NCBI GenBank assembly: GCA_037969565.1
Contig: JBBKXQ010000103.1
Span: forward strand, 107-64,106
Direction: 5' to 3'
DNA from: Acidimicrobiales bacterium
Lineage (GTDB): Bacteria; Actinomycetota; Acidimicrobiia; Acidimicrobiales; SZUA-35
Length of the DNA: 64,000 bases
Shown here: in pieces, positions 9,290 to 16,784 of the stretch
How the letters are laid out: every line of letters begins with the position of its first letter
How positions within the stretch are numbered: position 1 is the stretch's first letter
The notes under the pieces: generated by a model
The model's input: the letters and a program-made list of their open reading frames with translations, nothing else
What the model was told of the DNA's origin: nothing
The model's database searches: none
Position numbers and translations under genes: made by a program

Positions 9290-9859
9290 CTAGTCAAGCC
9301 GCGTCGTCGTCAATGGTCCAGCGGCGACGGCAACGAGGCGGGCCACACCGTCCTTCTCCTCATGATCAATCACGTGGAGAGACGCGAACGCCCTTCGGAG
9401 TTCACCTTCGCCGGTTCGGAACGGCCCGGGAGCAGCCCCGACTTCGCTGAGGCAGATGACGACCAGCATCCCTCGTGGGGCCAGCCGATCGATCATCGAT
9501 TGATCGAGGCGTGCATCTCGAAAGAGCTGGCAGAGGATCAGATCTACCGCCGGACCTTCGGGCAGACCACGATCGAGATCATGAACAGTGAAGTGAGCGT
9601 GCACGGCGGCGGCCCTCGCGCTGGCGGCGGCGAGACCGATGGCGACCGGGGACACATCAAAGCCCCAGACATCGAGACCTCGCGCTGCGAGCCAGAGCGA
9701 CGAAGCGCCACGGCCACAAGCCACATCGAGCGCCAACCCCGACGTGGGAAGGAGATGGGCGATCGGGGCGAGATGGCGCGACGGCGCAATCTTGTTCTGC
9801 GGCTCGGCGACACCCGCTTCGTAGCGTTCGTTCCAATGATCCCGGTCGGAGTCGGCCAT
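9290..9859 (-). CDS. Class I SAM-dependent methyltransferase
   Basis: Motif I LDVACGRGASSLWLAARG followed by VWGFDVSPVAI; 189 aa. Confidence 0.75.
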   Translation of the reverse strand: MADSDRDHWNERYEAGVAEPQNKIAPSRHLAPIAHLLPTSGLALDVACGRGASSLWLAARGLDVWGFDVSPVAIGLAAASARAAAVHAHFTVHDLDRGLPEGPAVDLILCQLFRDARLDQSMIDRLAPRGMLVVICLSEVGAAPGPFRTGEGELRRAFASLHVIDHEEKDGVARLVAVAAGPLTTTRLD

Positions 9860-9883
9860 CAGGCAGAGTACTCACGACGACGG

Positions 9884-11899
9884 TCAAGATCGTTGAGGAT
9901 CCGGCAGGTCGAGCAAGGTGGAAAAGGTCGGCCCCAACGTGCTCGAGTAGGCGTCCGTGATGTGGTGCTCGTCGTTCCAGACGTACTCTCCGTTGTCCTC
10001 GAAGAAGCAATCCTCGAACGGGCACAACAGGTCGACAGGGTCGATGAGCAACCCGCCGAACTCCTCGACGACCGCGGCCTGGACCCGGTCCAAGTCCTCC
10101 GTGCTGGCCTGCGCCTCGGCTCGGCTCAACACGCAGGAGCTGCGATCGTCTCGCTGCGATGCGCAGTCGAGCGGGGCGATGTCGTTCTTCGGTGTTGCGA
10201 GGATGACGACGAGTTCGGCCCCTCGAGCGCGAGTGATTCTCATGAACTCGTCGAGGTTCATCTCCCATTGCAGCAATTGATCCTCGGCAACATCGCCACT
10301 CGCATCGAGCAGGTCTTCGTACCCGGCCGAGTGGCTCAGGATGATCCGGTCTGGTTCGAGTTCGGCTACCGCCGAGCCGAGACCGACGCGCATGGCGGCG
10401 CACCACGGTGCCTCGGAGAGCGTCCCATTTCCGATGACGGTACAGCTCCCACCCATTGCTCGAACGACCTCACCCCCCGACGCAATGACCGCCGACGAGA
10501 TCCCGGGGGCCCAGTTCGCCATGTGTGAATCACCGACGAGAAGCGTCCGCTCAGCGCCCGGCGCTCCGTCGCGGCACTGGCTCAACAGCTGTTCGACGTT
10601 CGACGTCGAACACTCCGCAGGAAGGTGGGGCCAATCCGTCCGGGCATCAGCCAAGGCCAACAGCGTCGGTTGTTCGAGCGTACGAGCAGCCTGCCAAGCG
10701 AAACCCGCCAGCAATACCCAGCTCGAAGCAAGCATGCCGACGACGACCACGGCACTCCGAGAGCGTGATGCACCGATCCACCGATTGCGTCGGACCGGCT
10801 CTTCGATCCAGCGGTAGGAGATCACGGCAGGAACGAGGCCGAACAGGGCAAGAGCCAGCGAGACGGACCAGCTGCGAGTCGTCTCGAATCGGAATGGCGC
10901 CCATCGTTCGAGAGCGGCTCGCCCCAACACGAGAGTCGGCCAATGCCAGAGGTACCACGAGTACGACCAGCGCCCGATCTGCTGGACCGGCTCGAGGCGA
11001 AGGAGGCGATCCATGGGGCCCGTGTCAGCGTGGGCCATGACCAGCAGAAGCGTCGCAAGGACCGGCAGCGTTGCGATCCAGCCCGGAAAGGCTCGGTCGG
11101 GAGAGATGATCGCCAGCGAGAGCAACAGAAGAATGAAGCCGCCGATGTGCAGGATCGTTCCGCGGCGAGGCGACATCGTGGCCCGTCGTACCTCTGGCCA
11201 GGTCAACGCCAACAGGGCGCCGGCCCCGAGTTCCCAGCTTCGCGAGAGTGAGTTGTAGTAGGTCATGGGGGACGGCATGCGAACGTCGGCGATGGCGTGG
11301 AGAAACGAAATCGCAACGAGGGCAGCGGTGATGGCGAGCACAACGCGTCGATGGCGGCGGATCCCGACAACCAGGGCGGGAACGGCGACGATGGCCGGCC
11401 AGACGACATAGAACTGTTCCTCCACCGAGAGCGACCACATGTGAAGGAAGGGACTCGCTTCGGCTGAGTCGCCGAAATAGCTTCCCCGCAGAGAACCGAA
11501 CCGAATGTTCGCCCAATAGAACGACGAGGCCCACGCGTCGGTCACGCGGTCCTGCAGGGTGAATGGGACGAGTACGACGAACGATGCCGCAAGCGTCACC
11601 ACGACCATTGCGGTCGCAGCAGGAAGTAGGCGCCTGGCCCGCCGCACCCAGAAACCAAGGAGGTCGACCGATCCCTGCTCTGCGACTTCGGCGAGCAGGC
11701 GCTGTGTGATCAGATACCCGGAGACGACGAAAAAGACGTCGACTCCGATGAAGCCGGCACCAAAGAAGGGAACGCCGGCGTGGAACGCCACCACGATGAT
11801 GATCGCCACTGCCCGCAGGCCGTCGATGTCGTGGCGAAAGGCCACGGGCTGACGCGAAGAGTCCACCTGGTAGTCATCGGCACCGGCGACCGAGACCAA
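9884..11899 (-). CDS. Acyltransferase-3 family membrane O-acyltransferase with C-terminal SGNH domain (OafA-like)
   Basis: The N-terminus FRHDIDGLRAVAIIIVVAFHAGVP...GVDVFFVVSGYLIT is the AT3 signature. About 10 hydrophobic spans follow, then a soluble tail containing LLVGDSHMANW (SGNH block I). Confidence 0.85.
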   Translation of the reverse strand: MVSVAGADDYQVDSSRQPVAFRHDIDGLRAVAIIIVVAFHAGVPFFGAGFIGVDVFFVVSGYLITQRLLAEVAEQGSVDLLGFWVRRARRLLPAATAMVVVTLAASFVVLVPFTLQDRVTDAWASSFYWANIRFGSLRGSYFGDSAEASPFLHMWSLSVEEQFYVVWPAIVAVPALVVGIRRHRRVVLAITAALVAISFLHAIADVRMPSPMTYYNSLSRSWELGAGALLALTWPEVRRATMSPRRGTILHIGGFILLLLSLAIISPDRAFPGWIATLPVLATLLLVMAHADTGPMDRLLRLEPVQQIGRWSYSWYLWHWPTLVLGRAALERWAPFRFETTRSWSVSLALALFGLVPAVISYRWIEEPVRRNRWIGASRSRSAVVVVGMLASSWVLLAGFAWQAARTLEQPTLLALADARTDWPHLPAECSTSNVEQLLSQCRDGAPGAERTLLVGDSHMANWAPGISSAVIASGGEVVRAMGGSCTVIGNGTLSEAPWCAAMRVGLGSAVAELEPDRIILSHSAGYEDLLDASGDVAEDQLLQWEMNLDEFMRITRARGAELVVILATPKNDIAPLDCASQRDDRSSCVLSRAEAQASTEDLDRVQAAVVEEFGGLLIDPVDLLCPFEDCFFEDNGEYVWNDEHHITDAYSSTLGPTFSTLLDLPDPQRS

Positions 11900-11943
11900 A
11901 GCAAGTGTCAGCCGAGCGCCGACCGGTGTGAAATGTCGGGCAA

Positions 11944-12573
11944 CTACGGCAGGTCGTAGCGACGACGAAGCCCGTCGACGAGGATGTCGAGTCCGGTTTC
12001 GAACATCTCGGGACCAGTGATTTGCGACACCTCGGCCACGAACTCCATGAGCTCCGGGTCGGTGAGATCGTGGGTGACTGGACCGCCGTTGGTGCGGAGC
12101 TGCGCCATTGTGCCGAGTTCGCTGGCCGTGTGTCCCATCACGAAACTCACGGCGAAGTGAAGGGCGAAATGAGCAGAATCGATCGAGAGCCCGACGCGTC
12201 GGAATCGTTCGTGCGCCCAGTAGAGAACCGTGAAGGCCCGCTCGGAGCGGGCGGGCCGGGCCGAGAACAGTTCGAGCGCAGCCTCGTGGCTGATCAGGAC
12301 TTCATGAAAGGCTCGGAGGCCGAGCCGAATAGCCGCTTCCCAGTCTTCATCCGCCACATCCGGCAATTGGATCTCGGCATACAGGAGGTCGAGAACGGCG
12401 TCGAGCAGGTCGGCCTTGTTCGTGACGTAGTGATAAAGCGACATGGCCTCGACGCCGAGTTCTGCTCCCAACTTGCGCATCGACAGTCCGGCCAGGCCGT
12501 GTGCGTCGATCAGTTCGAGCGCCTTGGCCGCGATTCGATCTCTACTGAGAGCTGGTCGCTCGACAACAGACAT
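11944..12573 (-). CDS. TetR-family transcriptional regulator
   Basis: N-terminal HTH region IAAKALELIDAHGLAGLSMRKLGAELGVEAMSLYHYVTNKADLL; 209 aa. Confidence 0.9.
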   Translation of the reverse strand: MSVVERPALSRDRIAAKALELIDAHGLAGLSMRKLGAELGVEAMSLYHYVTNKADLLDAVLDLLYAEIQLPDVADEDWEAAIRLGLRAFHEVLISHEAALELFSARPARSERAFTVLYWAHERFRRVGLSIDSAHFALHFAVSFVMGHTASELGTMAQLRTNGGPVTHDLTDPELMEFVAEVSQITGPEMFETGLDILVDGLRRRYDLP

Positions 12574-12582
12574 GCTGAGAGA

Positions 12583-13512
12583 CTACTGGACCGATGATTC
12601 CGCTGGCCCTTGCCACTGCATGCACAACCAAGAGCCCAAACCATCCGGGTCGAGAAGCGCCTCGGCTTCACTGACCCGGCTCCGCATTCTCATCGCGAGG
12701 AGATCGGGTCGAGCGGCGTGTTCGATCCAGTGGGCCCGACCTTCGGCCACGAGTTCACCGATGCCGTGTTTCACCAGGAAGTCGGATTGCGAAATCACAC
12801 TCGTTGGCGGCGGAAGCTGATCCACGGCGATGTCGGTGGTGATATCCCAGCTACCGGGGCGATCGTAGGGATCATCCCCCCGCTCATGGTTTCGGTAGGT
12901 TCGAAGCCAGCCCCCGCGATCGGCGAGTTCGCCCGTGGTGGCTGTTCCGTAATCGAAGGCCACCAACCGGCTCGGACGGCGCGCCAAAACGTTCTCGACG
13001 AGTTGCACCGCTTCGGTCAACAGCGGAGCCGGCTTGCCCGTTGGCACGTCGAGATCGGGATCGGTATCGAGCGGGATCCAACGTTCACCGTCGTCGGTCA
13101 CCTCGACCTCTTCCCAGCCCGATTCGATCCGGCGAACGATTCTGAACGGCATGTTGTCGAGCAGTTCGTTGGCGATCACGATTCCGTTCTCCAGAACCGG
13201 AGGCAACGTGATGTTGTTGGCTCGATCGACACCGATCAGTTCCCAGGCCTTCGAACAACGGGGGGCAGCCAGTGTGAGCGATCGAAGCAGGGTGCCGGGG
13301 CCCGTACCGAGGTCGATGACCGGGAATGGATCGGGTCGACCGAGTTCGTCCCACCATTGGTCGAGCGCCCGGGCCAAGACGGCCCCGAAGAGTGGTCCGA
13401 CTTCGGGACTCGTGATGAAGTCGCCCCGGCGCCCGGCGATTCCCCGGGCCGACGCGTAGAACCCGCCCTCGGGATCGTAGAGACAGCGCTCCATGTATTC
13501 GTCGAACCGCAC
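12583..13512 (-). CDS. MidA/NDUFAF7-family (DUF185) SAM-dependent methyltransferase
   Basis: GTG start at 13512. Hallmark N-terminal block YDPEGGFYA...GDFITSPEVGPLFG, then the SAM motif VIDLGTGPGTL; 309 aa. Confidence 0.75.
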   Translation of the reverse strand: MRFDEYMERCLYDPEGGFYASARGIAGRRGDFITSPEVGPLFGAVLARALDQWWDELGRPDPFPVIDLGTGPGTLLRSLTLAAPRCSKAWELIGVDRANNITLPPVLENGIVIANELLDNMPFRIVRRIESGWEEVEVTDDGERWIPLDTDPDLDVPTGKPAPLLTEAVQLVENVLARRPSRLVAFDYGTATTGELADRGGWLRTYRNHERGDDPYDRPGSWDITTDIAVDQLPPPTSVISQSDFLVKHGIGELVAEGRAHWIEHAARPDLLAMRMRSRVSEAEALLDPDGLGSWLCMQWQGPAESSVQ

Positions 13513-13536
13513 GGGACGAGGCTAGAGCGGTCTGGG

Positions 13537-13709
13537 GGTCGCAGCGGTCTGCGTGTCACGCGATCCCGAGGGACGAGGGTCGCAGCTGTCTACGAAGCAG
13601 ACCAAATGTGGTCGCAGCGGTCTGCGTGTCACGCGATCCCGAGGGACGAGGGTCGCGCCGCAAGCTCGACTCGGATGCGGGTCAGCGGTCTGCGAAGCAG
13701 ACCAAATGT
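13537..13709. repeat. Intergenic tandem direct repeat (73-bp unit, 2 copies; the second carries a 27-bp insertion)
   Basis: A perfect 47-bp copy ggtcgcagcggtctgcgtgtcacgcgatcccgagggacgagggtcgc occurs at 13537-13583 and 13610-13656. Each is followed by gtct[a/g]cgaagcagaccaaatgt (13588-13609 and 13688-13709). Confidence 0.9.
13687..13703 (-). terminator. Stem-loop immediately 3' of the nuoN stop (possible terminator or processing signal, no U-tract)
   Basis: GGTCTGC-GAA-GCAGACC, a 7-bp stem starting 5 nt after the TGA at 13709-13711. The second repeat copy holds a degenerate version. Confidence 0.35.
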
Positions 13710-15208
13710 CACAACGCGAAGTCGGTGAGGTTTCCGACCTCTCCGAGCAGCACGGTGCCGACCAGGATCGTGAAGATCAGGCAGAGGGCGAGCGCCGCCT
13801 GCAATGTTGGTGGGATGACCACGGGGGTGTGGTCTTCGTCGGGTTCGGGCATGAACCACATCTGCTTGGCGATGGCCAGGTAATAGTAGGCGGCGATCAC
13901 GGAGTTGACGGCGGCCACGACTGCGAGCGCGACACCCCACGTGTTGCCGCCGTTGGTGAGCACACGGAAGATTTCGAACTTCGCCCACCAACCGCCGACG
14001 GGCGGGATCCCGGCGAGCGAGAACAGGAAGGCCGTCATGATCGCTGTGAGCCCAGGGGCGTAGTGGAACAGTCCGCCATAGCTGCTGATCTCGCCGGAAC
14101 GAGTCTTGCGGGCCACGCTCATCACGACGGCAAAGGCACCGAGGTTCATGGCGGCGTAGATCACGAGATAGGTGACGATCGCCGACGCAGCTTGGTCGGG
14201 CCGATCGGCGTAGACGGCGAGTGGGGCCAGCATGTAGCCGGCCTGGGCCACTCCGGAATACGCCAGCATCCGAACGATGTTGGTCTGGCGCATCGCGATC
14301 AGGTTTCCGACGGTCATGGTGACCGCACTGAGCACCCACATGAGCGGCTGCACAACATCGGCCTGGCCGGGGAAGGCGAAGATCACGACACTGATCAGGG
14401 CCACGAAACCGGCGGCTTTCGAGGCAACGGCCAAGAAAGCGGTGAGCGGCGTGGGGGCCCCTTCGTAGGTATCGGGAGCCCATGTGTGGAACGGAACGGC
14501 TGACACCTTGAACCCGAATCCGATGATGGTGAAGACCACCGCCAGGGTCACCAGCGGTGCGCTCTGGCCGGCCAACGCAACCCCGATGTCGTCGAGTCGT
14601 GTACTGCCGGTGACGCCGTAGAGGACGGACATCCCATAGAGCATGATGGCCGAAGCGAACACGCCCATCAGCATGTACTTCAGGCCGGCTTCGTTCGACT
14701 TCAGATCCCGCTTACGCCAAGCGGCCAACAGGTAGGCGGGTATCGAGACAAGCTCGATCGCCACGAAAATCGAGACCAGGTCGCGGGCCGAGGTCATCAC
14801 CAACATGCCGACAACCGAGGCCGAGATCAGTTGGTAGAACTCGCTGTCGTAGTAGTCGCCCTCGAGCATGTAGTTGGTGGAGAGCAGCACGACGACGTAG
14901 CCGCTGAGGAGAAACAGCCCCTTCAGAACGAGTGCGTACTCGTCGACCACGTAGGCACCGTCGAACATCGAACGAGGAAGCTCGGAGCTGTCGTTCCAGA
15001 GCGTGACGACGGGAACGAGTGCGATCAGAAACGAAAAGCTGGTGAGCGTGGGGATCCACTTGCGAACCCGCTCGAGGCCGACAAGGTCGACGATGGTGAT
15101 GATGGCGCCGGTGAGCAGCAGGAGGAGTTCGGGCGCGGCGGCGTGCCAGTCGATGAGCGGCCGATCGAACGGGGCCTGAACCACTTGGGTCTGGAGGGCA
15201 GCGAGCAT
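13709..15208 (-). CDS. nuoN: NADH-quinone oxidoreductase subunit N (11-gene operon)
   Basis: 499-aa polytopic antiporter-like protein with KSNEAGLKYMLMGVFASAIMLYG. It is the last gene of the array. Confidence 0.93.
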   Translation of the reverse strand: MLAALQTQVVQAPFDRPLIDWHAAAPELLLLLTGAIITIVDLVGLERVRKWIPTLTSFSFLIALVPVVTLWNDSSELPRSMFDGAYVVDEYALVLKGLFLLSGYVVVLLSTNYMLEGDYYDSEFYQLISASVVGMLVMTSARDLVSIFVAIELVSIPAYLLAAWRKRDLKSNEAGLKYMLMGVFASAIMLYGMSVLYGVTGSTRLDDIGVALAGQSAPLVTLAVVFTIIGFGFKVSAVPFHTWAPDTYEGAPTPLTAFLAVASKAAGFVALISVVIFAFPGQADVVQPLMWVLSAVTMTVGNLIAMRQTNIVRMLAYSGVAQAGYMLAPLAVYADRPDQAASAIVTYLVIYAAMNLGAFAVVMSVARKTRSGEISSYGGLFHYAPGLTAIMTAFLFSLAGIPPVGGWWAKFEIFRVLTNGGNTWGVALAVVAAVNSVIAAYYYLAIAKQMWFMPEPDEDHTPVVIPPTLQAALALCLIFTILVGTVLLGEVGNLTDFAL

Positions 15209-15211
15209 CGT

Positions 15212-16753
15212 CTACTTTCCGAGTGCGGCGACGGTGTCGGAGATCGAGGAGATCGGGGCATCGAGCACATCGAAGATGATGGCGGGCACGAACCCGAGCA
15301 CGACGATGAGGATGAGGAGCGGCACCCAGGCCACCCACTCGAAGATGCCAACGTCGTGGATGTTGGGGTCGTTTTCGAATTCTTCCGACGGTGTGCCGAA
15401 GGCCGTGCGCTGCAGCAGCCAGAGGAGGTAACCGGCGGCGAGCACGGTGCCGAGGGCGGCCACCACCATGTAGAACCGGAAGAGCCCCACATTCAGACCC
15501 GGAGCAGGTTGGTAAGCAGCGAGGATCGCGGGGAACTCACCCCAGAAGCCGGCCAACCCGGGAAGGCCGAGCGATGCCATGGTGGCGAAACCGAGGATCC
15601 AACCCATCTTCGGGGCCTGGAGAAGCAATCCACCGAGGCGCTTGATCTCGAGGGTGTGGTACCGCTCTTTGACCGATCCGGCGACGAAGAACAACATGCC
15701 GGTGATGAGGCCGTGAGCCACCATGCCGAACACGGCGGCCTGCAGACCGAACGTGGTGAGCGTGGCGATTCCCAGCATCACGTAGCCCATGTGAGCCACG
15801 GACGAGAAGGCGATCAGGCGCTTCATGTCGGTCTGGGCGAGACAGCCGAGGGCGCCGTAGATGATGCCGATGACGGCCAGGGCGCCGATGATCGGGGCCC
15901 AGTCGACTGCTGCTTCGGGAAGGATCGGAATGGCGATACGGATGAAGCCGTAGGTTCCGAGCTTGAGGAGCACCGCAGCCAGGATCACCGAGCCCTGGGT
16001 CGGTGCCTGCGTGTGAGCGTCGGGAAGCCAGGTGTGGAACGGGAACATCGGCACCTTGATACCGAAGCCCATGAACATGCCGCCGAAGATCAGCCACTGG
16101 GTCTGAGACGAGATGTCGCGGCTGGCAACCTCGGCCGCCAGCTGTTCCATGTCGAACGTGGACGAGCCGGTGACCCAGTAGAGGGCCAGAAAACTGACCA
16201 GCATCAACGCCGACCCGAACAGCGTGAAGAGGAAGAACTTGATCGCGGCGTACAGACGATCCGGGCCACCCCACACACCGATCATGAAATACATCGGGAG
16301 GAGCACGACCTCGAAGAAGACGAAGAAGAGGACGAGGTCTTTGGCAACGAACGTGCCGAGCATTCCGGTGTGGAGCACGAGAATGAGCATCAGGAAGGCT
16401 TTGGTGTTGCCCGGCTCGGGGATGTGGTCCCAGCTGTAGATGATCACCAGCGGTGTGACCAGCAACGTCAATGCGATCAGCGGAAGCGAGATGCCGTCGA
16501 TCGCCACGTGGAAACGAGCATTGACGACATCGATCCAGCCCTGGTTGATGACGAACTGGGGCGTCTGGGATGCGTCGTAGTTGAAGTCGAGCAGCAGGGC
16601 GACCCCGACGGCTGCGGTGAGCAGCGACACGCCCAGCGCGATGCTCTTGTGGGCGCTCTCCAGCTTGCCGGGAACGAGCATCATCACGGCCACTCCCACG
16701 AGGGGGAGGAACACCATCAAGCTGATGCCGTTGTCGTTCAGGAAGTCAGTCAC
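15212..16753 (-). CDS. nuoM: NADH-quinone oxidoreductase subunit M (11-gene operon)
   Basis: 513 aa with WLPDAHTQAPTQGSVILAAVLLKLGTYG, typical of NuoM. Confidence 0.95.
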   Translation of the reverse strand: MTDFLNDNGISLMVFLPLVGVAVMMLVPGKLESAHKSIALGVSLLTAAVGVALLLDFNYDASQTPQFVINQGWIDVVNARFHVAIDGISLPLIALTLLVTPLVIIYSWDHIPEPGNTKAFLMLILVLHTGMLGTFVAKDLVLFFVFFEVVLLPMYFMIGVWGGPDRLYAAIKFFLFTLFGSALMLVSFLALYWVTGSSTFDMEQLAAEVASRDISSQTQWLIFGGMFMGFGIKVPMFPFHTWLPDAHTQAPTQGSVILAAVLLKLGTYGFIRIAIPILPEAAVDWAPIIGALAVIGIIYGALGCLAQTDMKRLIAFSSVAHMGYVMLGIATLTTFGLQAAVFGMVAHGLITGMLFFVAGSVKERYHTLEIKRLGGLLLQAPKMGWILGFATMASLGLPGLAGFWGEFPAILAAYQPAPGLNVGLFRFYMVVAALGTVLAAGYLLWLLQRTAFGTPSEEFENDPNIHDVGIFEWVAWVPLLILIVVLGFVPAIIFDVLDAPISSISDTVAALGK

Positions 16754-16784
16754 TCGAAAGTCGCTTTCTCACACGGCCGGTTTC

